From Oculina patagonica (Eukaryota): DNA of 64,000 nucleotides. Location: the NCBI RefSeq assembly GCF_052425735.1, contig NC_135767.1, forward strand, positions 14,322,001-14,386,000, read 5' to 3'. Positions 52,663 through 64,000 of the stretch are shown one piece after another. How positions within the stretch are numbered: the first letter of the stretch is position 1; each line of letters begins with the position of its first letter. The notes beneath the pieces are model-generated. The model had not been told where the DNA came from and did not search any database. It saw only the letters and a program-made list of their open reading frames with translations. The translations under genes were made by a program, and so were the position numbers.

Positions 52663-53624
52663 AACACTTTTCTAATACTTGTATATTATTTTTAAATTCG
52701 ACTGTAATTTGTTTCAGTAAAATTTCATATAAACTTCAGTGACCAACTTTTAAATGTTGTTGTAATTTTTTTATTCTGGCAGTTCCATTAATAAATACAC
52801 TCGTTTCCCAGTGCAATATACGTCTATTTATTGTTGTTTTCTATTGCGAATCTGTAAATTTGTTTCTCTTATCGTTGACTATATTTAACAATTATTCACC
52901 CCAGCCTCGGTCAATATATGATGACGCACTTTAGAATAATATTTACCTAGTTACATGACTGTGACGGCTGAGAACGCCAGAGTAACAAATATCAGCCAAT
53001 CACAATGTTTCATTGCCGCTTCAATATTTCGCAAGTATCAATATTATCTAAGGATAGTGTTTCTTCCGCTCTTTTTCAATTATGACCACGCAGTTTACAT
53101 GAATCCTTCTTAAACCTCGATTATCGATAAACTTCGAGTTTCTGGAACTTCTTGGACTAATCCGTCAATTTTCGCGCGGGTTTTAATTTCGTTGTTTTTG
53201 CCAATCCTCAAATGATTTCGAAGATAACATGCATAGATAGCAAATCAATAAAGATACCACTTGCCATTATTTCAGAGGCATTTCCTGCTTTCTGTAAATT
53301 GCCTTTTTGCGCATTAAAAATTAAACGGCACTTTTGGGGAGCTGAAAGTTTTGTGATTTTCTTAGTCTAGAAATAAAATCTAGCCAGCCAATTTCGAACG
53401 AAATATCGCGCGTCTATCGTAACTCGTAAAAGCTGTCTTTGTCAGGATTTTCAAAATTTTATTGGCAGCATCAGTTTATACACCTGTGAAAGACTATTTT
53501 TTCACTTTAAAAATGGTAATGTACATACCGAATTATTTCCAAAAAAACTCAAAAGAAAGAAAAATTTGGAACGCATTGTTCAAATAAAAAAGACATCTCA
53601 TGTATGAGACAGTCCGATTTACTT

Positions 53625-54792
53625 TGGCATTTTTCCAAAAAGACCCAAACTGTACATTTCAAGTCTCACACTGGCCAGTTCTGTTGGATCTGGAGTGAAA
53701 ATTAGCTTTAATCAACTTGGTGGTATTACAGCACTAGGGCCCAAAATCGTCATTTTTACTGGCTCATGTAGCACTTTCTTATTGAATTCGTTTGGACCCG
53801 GAGTGAAATTAAGATGAATACACGTGATGGCATTTTTCCCAAGAAGACCAAAACTTTACATTTCAAGTCTCAAACTAGCCGGTTTTGCTGGGTCTGGAGT
53901 GAGAAAAAGCTTTAATCGACATGGTAGTATTTAAACACAAGGGTCCAAAATCGTCATTTTCACTTGGCCACGTAGCACTTTATTATTCGATTCTTTTTAA
54001 CTGGAGAAAAAATTAGGATGAAACCACGTGGTGCCATTTTCCCAAAAAGACCTAAACTGTACATTTCAAACTGGCCTGTTTTGCAGGATCTTGAGTGAAA
54101 ATAAGCTTTAACCTACTTGGTGGTATTTCAATAGAAGGGCCTTAAATCGTCAATTTCACTGGGTCAAAAAGTACTTTCTTATTCGATTCGTTTGGACTGG
54201 GAGTGAAATTAAGATGAATCCACGTGATGGCATTTTTTCCAAAAAGACCCAAACCATACATTTCAAGTCTCAAAGTGGCCAGTTTTGCTGGATCGGGAGT
54301 GAAAGTTAGCTGTAATCTACATGGTGGTATTTCAACACAAAGGCCCAAAATCGTCATTTTCAGTGGGTCATGTAGCCCTTTTTTATTTGATTCTTTTGGA
54401 CAGGGAGTGACAATTATGATGAATGCACGTGATGGCATTAATCCAAAAAGACCCAAACTTTACATTTCAAGTCTCAAACTGGCCAGTCTGGTTGGATTTG
54501 GAGTGAAAATAAGCTTTAATCTTCTTGGTGGTATTTCAACACAAGGGCCCCAGAAACGCCATCACGTGGATTCATCATAATTTTCTGTCCAGGTCCAAAA
54601 ATTAAATAAGAAAGTGCTACATGACCCACTGAAAATGGCGATTTTGAGCCCATGGGTTGAAATACCACCAAGTAGATTAAATCTTATTTTCACTCCAGAT
54701 CCAGCAAAACCGGCCTGTTTGAGACTTTTTGTTTGGGTCTTTTTGGAAAAATGCCATCACGTGGATTTATCCTAATTTTCACTCCCGGTCCT
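53625..54792. repeat. ~202-bp tandem satellite (~4.6 units) followed by ~1.2 inverted units
   Basis: Units recur at ~53627, 53829, 54032, 54229 and 54434; orientation flips at ~54556. Confidence 0.88.
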
Positions 54793-55539
54793 TCAAGATC
54801 GAAAAATGCTTCAGATCAGGGGCGTTGGCTGAACAACAAGAACAATGAGTTCCTAATTTTTCTGTACCGCTAATTACCTTCAAATACTTCACTACATTCT
54901 TCATGCTCTTATAAAATCAAATTCATAAATAGCCATCACACTTGACATTGACACTGAACTTAAAAATACTGTCATGAATACAGCGAAACGTTGTACTCTT
55001 CTTTTATCACTAGTTTTAATTTTAAAATATTGACATAAACGTATGAAAATCGTGCAGCACACAGGGAGCAGAGGAGCAGAGAAGCCAAAATTGACCTTTG
55101 TAAATATTAAAATGTTCTATCTATTTCGTAGCGTTTGTTATACGTTAGATGATCTTTATGTTTACCCGACGGACAAGCCAGCGGGTAACTCTTTCAATAG
55201 TCCGTTGCGTAATCGTGGCGGGTTTCCGAACGTTACCCGAAGGTCAACGAGAGGAAAGCGTTAGTTTTCCGAGCGAGACACGAAGTGCCGAGAGGAAAAA
55301 TGACGTCAAAATATGCCAACATTGCAACGGTAATTACGAAAACTGAAAAATATATAATTTAATCAAAGACGAAGAATTTTGACCTGAAAACTAAATAATT
55401 AATATTATTAACCGCATCTAATACGTGCAAATGTACATGATGTACATTGTTAGTCAACTACTGTAGCTGTTTTGTTGCAGAATGACTGGTTGATTAATAA
55501 ATTGCTCACATTCAGTATGTCATACTGTCTACAAGACAG

Positions 55540-56463
55540 CTAACTCGAGAAACACCGAAACTGTTTGATCGTGTCCTTCACTGCTCGTCTTACTTCCCTC
55601 ATCTTCCAACAGTACAGAAATGGGTTTAAAGATGAGTTTGACAAAAACAGAGTTATAATTACTGCGCCAGTGAATTCAGAAGATTGCGTACGCACAAAGG
55701 ATCCACCAATTAAACTTAAAACTGTCATTATACCAAGTGGAAGATAACAAGCCAGCAATGTCATTTGCACCCACAATGCACTGGATACTGTCTTTCTGTA
55801 TCGTGCTATATTCAGTGAGATTCCTCCTCCATTCGGTTGTCCTTGGTTAACATGGTCCTGTACTTGAGCTCGGTGATGGCGGAGTGTAAGATAGATTTTG
55901 ATGTAGCAAACAGTTGAGGTCAATATGCACAATAGAAGAATTATAAGGGCGATGCTTAATTGTACTCGAGGGATAAATGGAATAGACACGCAAAGAAGCC
56001 AAAAAGTTGCAACAAGACCCCATGCTCTCCTCGAAGTCACCACCTGTCTGTATCTCAGCCCCATTAACAGGGCGAGAAGTCTGTCCACACTAATTGCAGT
56101 CAGCGTCAACAAGGATACTCCACAGAATATCAAACCTAAGGTAATAAAAACTGCAACAGCATAGTAACAACATTTGGAGTGTTGTGGGGACATTAAATAG
56201 GTAACATAGAGAGGCTGTGTGATGAGACCCACACAGAGATCTGTGCTTGCAAGGCATCCAAATAAAAGTTTTGATGGCGGATGAAGAGATAATCGCACCT
56301 TTTTAAGAGCCGCAATGATCAGAACATTCCCCAGAAATGCAGTAATGCATAGAGGAATATTAAATGCTGAAATAAATATCTTCAGATGAACTCCATAAAG
56401 ACCTGTAGGGCAAAATAACTGTTGGACTGTCGTGTGGTTTCCATCTTCAGTTAAATTTTCCAT
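55540..56463 (-). CDS. Intronless orphan class A GPCR, 307 aa (different subfamily)
   Basis: GN, LASTD, DRL, CYLP and NPFLY motifs; 7 TM segments. Confidence 0.93.
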   Translation of the reverse strand: MENLTEDGNHTTVQQLFCPTGLYGVHLKIFISAFNIPLCITAFLGNVLIIAALKKVRLSLHPPSKLLFGCLASTDLCVGLITQPLYVTYLMSPQHSKCCYYAVAVFITLGLIFCGVSLLTLTAISVDRLLALLMGLRYRQVVTSRRAWGLVATFWLLCVSIPFIPRVQLSIALIILLLCILTSTVCYIKIYLTLRHHRAQVQDHVNQGQPNGGGISLNIARYRKTVSSALWVQMTLLACYLPLGIMTVLSLIGGSFVRTQSSEFTGAVIITLFLSNSSLNPFLYCWKMREVRRAVKDTIKQFRCFSS

Positions 56464-58016
56464 TTCCTTCTTAATACTGGTTGTTTGCTAACCAGGTATG
56501 CAAAGAGTTATTATTCCTTGATGTTGCTATCAAAGTCCTGTTTTTAAAGCCCGGGCTCCGTCAGAAATATGTTTCCAACACTCTTCTATGACTTTGTCGC
56601 GCGGATGATAACACTAGGTAGCTCTCACATATTTCCTGGCGATTAGAGAAGGTAAAGTTAGTGTGAAATATCAGGCGTCATAACTGAGATAACTTTGTTT
56701 TCTGTTTGTCATACACTCTAGCAAGTTTGTCAAATAACATCATCACACATTCTTCACTACAATCTCTTGCTTCTGCTTCAGTGCGCGGCAGTTCAAGTTT
56801 CTCTTCATGTAAAATATCAGCAAATACCTTATACTTTTTAGATGATTTTAAGCTACATGGAAATGAGAAAGGGGTACAAATGCGGTTTGGAGTTTTATCT
56901 TGAATTGCCAAGTGCGAGAATAGCGACAACTTCCTAATTTTTTTAGCACCAGGAAATGGAACACTTAATTTTTATGAGCATCCATAAAAAACTTCTCTCT
57001 AGTTGCATTCGCTTCAAAGACGGATGCAGTGGCGGCCGAACGCCCTTGCCAAAAAGATCTTCCCGTTGTCAAACATAAGCAAAAATTCAGGTAAGAATTT
57101 GAAAGTAATCTAAAAAGCAATGTTAATTTCGTTAGATGCAAATTTAAGAGAATGAAAGCAAAAATATCGAAGTACGTTTCCGTCGATTTTATTATGGGAT
57201 CATTATCAAGTTTAAAAAAAAAGCACAAAGTTAATTTCCTTTTTAATCAATGCAGAAGTGGCATTTGTGATTGCAAAAATATCTGAAAGAGAAGGTATTC
57301 GCTAACAAAGACTTGATAAGTGGCATGTTGAAGTGTTTGTGTAATGACTACCTTCTACATTCTTCAATTCGTATTAATCTGTTTTACAAATCAAATCATC
57401 TCTCGCGTTTCTTCCTTTCATGAGTCGGTTGAAACATCTCACTTTCTTTGTTGCCGTACTGAACTTCTCAAAAACCATGAGTTTGGCGTTTTGAATACAT
57501 AATAAAATGCTCTTGGATAAAAAAAAAACAAACTATTTTTTTTAATAGTTCGTTAGATTTCTGAGCCCTGTCATTTTTTTAATATATATATTTCAAACTT
57601 TTCGCCTGTCAAATCCCGTGTACACCTTCCATGACTCTTTTGATTTATCAAGTCGAGTGAACTTTCGCTCGCAAGCTGTTTGCACTTCCATTGATACACT
57701 CTTCAATACCGCAAAATTGTTAAATTTAAAACAGTCTGTCACGGAAACCACATATACATTCCCGATCGTTAAATGTAAATGTAATGTCAACGCATTAGAT
57801 ATTTATGCCACATTTTGAGTGTTCAACCTTGAACAAACGGAATCGGAAAAGACTTTTCTCATCATTAGCTCAAAAATAAAATTTGCCAAACACAGACATA
57901 TACCAGAAACCCATAAGGGTTGAAACGTGTAACTCCCTATGATTTGCATTAAACAAAGTGTTTGCACATTCGTTTATATTAAGTACCACATTTGGAAAAT
58001 CAGGAGAAAAACTTAA

Positions 58017-58410
58017 GGCGGCGAAATACGAGATACAAAAACCCTCAACTTGTCGCGCAACGTAACATTGTTGCATTGCCAGTTGAACGAGTTGTTGCTC
58101 CTATTTCTACCGCGCGCTCAACTTGTCTCGCAACAAATTTCGGTGTTGCAAGTTGAAAAAAATTGTTGCAAAAAGTAGAACTTGATTCTACTTTGTGCAA
58201 CATGTTGCGCGACAAGTTGAGGGTTTTTGTATCTCGTATTTCGCCAGCCTTAAAGTAGAACCAAGTTCTACTTTTTGCAACATTTTTTTTTCAACTTGCA
58301 ACACCGAAATTTGTTGCGAGACAAGTTGAGCGCGCGGTAGAAATACGGGCAACAACTCGTTCAAGTTGTCGTTGCGAGACAAGTTGAGGGTTTTTTTTAT
58401 CTCGTATTTT
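58017..58410. mobile_element. Palindromic MITE (58017-58249, TTAA-flanked) plus an adjacent inverted partial copy
   Basis: GGCGAAATACGAGATACAAAAACCCTCAACTTGTCGCGCAAC mirrored at 58203-58249; 58253-58360 mirrors 58085-58185. Confidence 0.8.
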
Positions 58411-60574
58411 AAATTCACTTCGCGCTACCTCGCGCTCGATGGCGTAATCTTGTTCTTGAACAAGCTTGGTTGAATAAAGTTAAAATTTGTTTAAATCTCC
58501 TGTTTTATCGTCGTTAAGTACACTGGAGAACATTTCTTTAGTTTCTGTAAGAAATTTACGGCGTTTAAGTCAAAATTTAAGTAACTCAACGCAAAACCGA
58601 AAATATTGTTGCATGTGTCAACACGTGTGTAAAGCATTCGCGTGCAAACTCTTTGTGTTTCCAAATATGATACTTGGCAAAACTGAATATTCAAACACTG
58701 TGAACGTGCGTGACATGTTTCAACCCTTAGTTTCTGCATATACTCAAAGGACAGTACCATTAATTCGGCTAAAGCTTGGCTCAGACGTTCTCGAAAGGTA
58801 CCTAAACTGAATCCATTTGTAGACGTATGCTGTTCTTCACACAAAATACCGCTAACAAGACGGTCGACTGAATCGTAGTTAACTCACATGAAACTAGGAA
58901 GGAAACAGGATAAAAAAAGAATGAATTACCTTAACGACGATTAATTAATCCTTTCTTGTCTTTTGTCGAGCAAGTGAAATGTTACTGTTAAAATAACTTA
59001 TCGACGCACGTCTCATGCGCTATCGTTGTTAACAAGTAATGACAAGTTAATAAGTGGTTTTAAAAATATATGGACGTTTTAGGCATAATTTCATTTCACT
59101 TAATGCGCATCATTGTATATTTACTTAGTTCTACTGAATAATTGTCATTCTCGTCTCTTACTAATGAAAGATATTCGATAGCGCGTCATTCTTGGGAACT
59201 TATGGTTTATAAAGTTTTGTGCCTAACGGAATATTTTAAAAGGGAATCGGAATCCCAAATTTAAAATAATAAAATTAGGTTAGCATTGTTAACGCTGCCG
59301 GTCATATTTTTAGACATACCTTACTTGTGAACCAACTGAGGCTTGTGCGGCCAAACTTTAACGGCTAATGGCAATCCCACGGTGATTTATATATTTATAC
59401 GCCTTTACGATAAGATCGTTAAAATAAGCTCATCATTTGTAGTGCAACCAATTAATTAAATAAACACATTTTAGTTAAAATACACAAAATGACATGAAGG
59501 CGCGCAGTTTGTCATACATACAGCCCCATTGACGCAGACCTTTTAGAAAATTATCGCGGACTGACGTATGTAGTGCTAAACAAGTTTCATTGCCGCTCGT
59601 GTCAACAAGAAATCATTTTGCGCAGTAATTCAGATCACTCTTCAAGACCTTTTCACAACTTTTCAACAAAATTAATTAAGCTCTATTATAGTAAAAAAGG
59701 CACACTGTTAGAACGGAGCCGAAAATGTTTCACTCTCGAACTGTATTCATTCAGTCAATAAGCTCATATAAATATTTGCATCCACTTGCGCTTAGTTCTT
59801 CCTGTTTAGATCTGAAGTCTTCCTGTGTTGGGCTCTAAACACCTGCAGCCGTGGTTTGAGTCATTAGCTATTAATAGCCGAGATGATTCAGGCACTCACA
59901 CTGTGACATGCGTAACAATAAGTAAGACGGTCTAGATGGGGTTTAATTGATAGCAGAGAATTGGTAAAAATGTTAAGAGAGAAGGTTTATTTAATATTAT
60001 TTATTATATCTTATTTTTATTGCTTTATTTCAACACGTGGCTCTTTTCATGCAAATCTGATTTATGGATTTACATTCTCGACCCCAGGGCACTTCTCTTT
60101 TGTGCATTAAAGCAATCTCAAGTTAGCACATGACAAATTTGTGCAAGACAAATGATTTTAGGAATTTTCGCTTAACTAGCAGCTGAAAAATGACTAACTA
60201 ACTAAGAGCTAAGAACTACAAATTTACTGTTAGCTAAGAAATGAGCTGAAATTTTAACTGTAAGCTGAAAAATCGCCCTAGATTTAACGGCTAGCTGAGC
60301 ACCCCTATCCAGACTCTCAAGTAAAACAGAAATCGACAGACAAAATGAAACATAAATTCTGATTCTCTTCCGCTCTTTCCATTCAGCCATCGGTTATATT
60401 TACGAATAAGGGGGTCACGTGACAGGATTATGCAGAGTGCCTGTTAGTAAATAATTGTCTCATTTTGCCGGTTTTTCAGATGGGCTGAAGTGTTAGTGCC
60501 AGTGTCTCCCACGTTCACCCTCACTTTCTCTAGCGCCGGGTTCGGTTAAGGGCGGGAGACAACTTATATTTCAG

Positions 60575-61060
60575 GTTATTATATAAACTGCAGTGGTATA
60601 GCGAGTGATAGAAAATCGAGAAAAATGGTATCACACATGTGTGGATAAAAATGTTATCCACACATGTGTGATATCATTTTTGACCAATCAACTCGCAGAG
60701 TTTGCCGTGTTTCAATGCTCACTGAGCCACATTTTATTGATATTAAGTCGAAAAATCTTCGGATCTTCCTCGGCAATCTTCGGCAATCTTCGGACATTTT
60801 CGGAAAAGTTCGGAAAATGTTGGGAATCATTCGTACGACCTTCGGACAACATTTTTAAAATCTTCGGAAATCTTCGAAAAATGGTCGGAAATCTTCGGAA
60901 ATCGTCCAAAACATCGTAATTCATAGGTTTATATAATAAACAGAATAATACATGGTTGCTTGGATATATGAAATTTATCTTCTCGTGTTCAAAACCGATA
61001 TCTATCGATTTGAACACTCGAAGATAAATTTCATATCTCCGCGCAACAATGTATTATCCT
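60575..61060. repeat. Interspersed repeat with internal (AATCTTCGG)-like subrepeats and a terminal hairpin
   Basis: Repeated CTTCGGAAATCTTCGG 60755-60905; inverted repeat GATATATGAAATTTATCTTCTCGTGTTCAAA / TTTGAACACTCGAAGATAAATTTCATATCTC. Confidence 0.65.
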
Positions 61061-61282
61061 AGTAAATAATAAAGTTGGTAAATTTTAAGCTCGGCAATAA
61101 ATAATGAAGATGAAGTGTTCAACATGACTCGAGCATGGGACAAAGAAAAATTCTGAGTCCCCGACGGGAATCGAACTCGTGGCCTCCCAGATACCGGTTG
61201 GGCGCTCCACCGGTATCTGGGAGGCCATGGGTTCGATTATTTTGTCCCATGCTCGAGTCACGTTGAACACTTAATCTTCATT
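61061..61282. mobile_element. Foldback copy of the tRNA-related repeat with 13-bp TSD
   Basis: AATGTATTATCCT duplicated at 61048-61060 and 61283-61295; internal inversion centred ~61205. Confidence 0.8.
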
Positions 61283-62289
61283 AATGTATTATCCTCTATT
61301 TATTTTTTTTTGGAATGCACTTAATTGCATTAGAGCTAGTCTACATTTAAATATTTTGCAGAGGAGGATCTCCCCGCACCCCAGTGTTTAAGCTAACTTT
61401 AGTTACCTTCGTCTACTTTGTATGATAGCGCGATTTTTGATTGAGTGTCGTAAAACAAAAACCAAAGTAATCACTCTGGCCAATCACAAAGGACGCAGAC
61501 AATCCAGTGAAATTCGAAAGAAGTACACGTAGCCGACATTTAGCACGGTGAAACTTGTGTGAGCAGGTTACAATTGGTTTTGGTTTTACCTCTGACTGGT
61601 TGAAAAAGTGACGCGAGTATTTTAAACATTCACTAGGCGTAATGTTGCAAAACTAAAGCAAACGCGAATTTCTTTCGCTCTAACAGTTAAACATTTAGAA
61701 CATTGCACTCCACCTATAATTATAATGACTTATTTTTCACTTAATTAAAACATGTCAAAAATTGTTATAGACATTTTATCTAAGCTAGACTACAGTACAA
61801 AAAATCAATTTCTCTTAATCATTTTTTTTTTGGGGGGGGGGGGGGGCGGTAGGGGGAAAAGGGGAGGGGCAAGTAAACATTTCTGATGTACAGGGTTTAT
61901 ATATTGTTAGAGATGTATATATTGCAGTGGCTATTACTGAAGCCTTAACCTCACCTTTGCTTTGTAAGATCGAAGCGATTAAATAGAAACAGAAAAACCC
62001 ATCAGTTACCCAGAGCAGAGCGGAGCCCCATAGCCATAGAAAATCCAGAGAAATAGAAGAACCAAGAACTTCAGTTTTCATGGACTGGACATCCACGTTG
62101 TGGCCAATAAACAGCTGTCAATACAATGTGTCTGCTGACTAGTATCACGTGACAATATCGCGGGCTCAGTTGAGTTTATTGCGCCGGAAAATCCATAGAA
62201 AGTTTGGTCATTGATTTTGACGAGAAATCGTGGGTTTTTTTTCAGTCTTTAATTTCGTGATCAAGAGGCCTCTTTCAATCACGTATTCA

Positions 62290-63322
62290 TTAGGATGACG
62301 TGATCGAGCTAACCAATCAGAAAGCACAGATTAAGATCCAAACTCTACGGATCTCAGAGACAAACAAAAAACCTACGCCATAAACGTCATAAAAGGGAAA
62401 TGAAAAAGTTCATTGGTTTCAGGCAGGAAATATATTCAGTGATTTAAATGTTCTTTTGACGGGAACAATTGGGAAATCGTGGGCGAAATACGTCACCGCA
62501 AAAGTTCAAATAGCCCCACGGTATTTCGTCCAAAACTTGCTGGCTAGATTTTATTTTTAAGCTAAGAAAATCACAAAACTTTCATCTCCCCAAAAGTGCC
62601 GTTTTATTTTTAATGCGCAATAAGGCAAATAACAACAGGCAGGAAATGCGTCTTAAATAATGGCATGTGGTATCTTTATTTATTTGTCATCTATGTATTA
62701 ATAAATCGAAATCATTTGACGCTCGGCAAAAATAACGAAATTAAAACCCGCGCGAAAATTGACTGATTATCCCAAGAAGTTCCAGAAACTCCCAGTTTCT
62801 ATAGTAAAGTTTCAAAAAAGGATTCGTGTAAATTGCCGTGTCATAATCGAAACAGAGCTGTAGAAACATTATACTTAGATAATATTGATACTTGGAAAAT
62901 ATTCAAGTGACAATTAAAAATTCTGATTGGCCGTTATTTGTTATTCGGGCGTTCTCCGCCGTTACAGTCGTGTAACAAGGTAAATATTTTACTCCAGTGC
63001 GTCATCTATATTGACCGAGGCTGAGGTGAATAATTGTTAAATGTAGTCAACGATAGGCGAGACAAATTTACAGGTTCGCAATAGAATGTCACAACAACAA
63101 ATAGACTTATATTACTCTTGAAAAAAAAAGAGTGTTTTTAATAATGGAAGTGCCAGAAACAGAAACAATAAAAAGTTGGTTACTGAAGTTTTTATGAAAC
63201 CAACGGAAACAAATTACAGTTGAATTAAATAAAATAAAAGTATTAACAAATTGTTTCAGTTACAAAAAAATTCTGACAGTGTCCTTAATACCGCTCGCCG
63301 TAAAGCACGGATTCTCCAGCAA
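62290..63322 (-). pseudogene. Inverted copy of the GPCR 3' end and ~1 kb of downstream flank
   Basis: 63270-63322 reverse strand reads CWRIRALRRAVLRTLSE; the flank mirrors 48890-49790 / 52665-53420. Confidence 0.78.
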
Positions 63323-63651
63323 TTAACGTCATAAAATGGGAAAGGTAAAATGAAAGGTAATTTGTTTCAGGCAGAAAATATATGCAGTGATTTAAATGTT
63401 TTTTTGACGGGGACGTCTGGGAAATCGTGGGCGAGATCCGTCACCGCAAAAGTTCAAATAGCCGCGCGATATTTCGTCCAAAATTGGCTGGCTAGATTTT
63501 ATTTTTCAGCTAAGAAAGTAAAAAAACTTGGATCATTATCAGTAGCTGGGAATAGGTGGCTCTATAAAATAGATCAATAAAAATAAGAAAAAAGGCGCTA
63601 TGTAATTTTGATCACTAAAATAACGATATTACGTGCTATATAACACGCGCG

Positions 63652-63885
63652 TTTTAAGAACCTTTTTAAGGTCTTACAAGACACGCTTTTTAAGGCCTTA
63701 CAAGACACGCTTTTTAAGGCCTTACAAGACACGCTTTTAAGGCCTTACAAGACACGCTTTCAAGGCCTTACAAGACACGCTTTTAAGGCCTTACAAGACA
63801 CGCTTTTTGAGGCGTTACAATGCACGCTTCTTAAGACCTTACAAGACATGGTTTTTAAGACCTTACAAAGCAAGTTTTTAAGACC
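63652..63885. repeat. 24-25 bp minisatellite (TTTTAAGGCCTTACAAGACACGCT)n, ~9 copies
   Basis: Direct reading of tandem units. Confidence 0.92.
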
Positions 63886-64000
63886 ATATTCGGCACAGCG
63901 GGCTAGATTTTATTTTTAAGCTAAGAAAATCAAAAAAAAAAAAAAACTTTCAGCCCCCCAAAGTGTCGTTGAATTTTTAATGCGTAATAAGGCAAATAAC

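Noticed and set aside
54142-54580. ORFs of 104 and 118 aa
   Set aside because: By-products of the 202-bp satellite.
56678-57500. Possible decayed coding sequence on the minus strand
   Set aside because: Some protein-like stretches but no family recognisable without a BLASTX search.

Overview
AT-rich, intron-containing animal genomic DNA. The repeat families and orphan GPCR type suggest a cnidarian, most likely a stony coral (inference). The window has three parts. (1) 316-12243 is a ~12-kb nested stack of TTAA-target DNA transposons (Kolobok-like termini). Two of them have ~1-kb terminal inverted repeats, and they carry MITEs, an Academ-type transposase relic, a SINE and a Penelope-type hammerhead foldback. 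The pre-insertion empty site survives in a paralogous promoter at ~20870. (2) 12.9-42.9 kb is a tandem array of five three-exon, highly divergent Q50 PRD-class homeobox genes (eh1 motif, homeodomain, C-terminal R[YF]QPY), interleaved with two galactose-3-O-sulfotransferase (GAL3ST-family) genes. The copies appear mosaic: one has R53L, one has a frameshift after the homeodomain, and all share a TATA+Inr core promoter. (3) 44-64 kb is a cluster of intronless class A GPCRs (3 intact, 1 nonsense pseudogene, 1 inverted fragment), plus satellites and MITEs. Exon boundaries were derived by hand from GT/AG sites and frame checks; no database searches were run.
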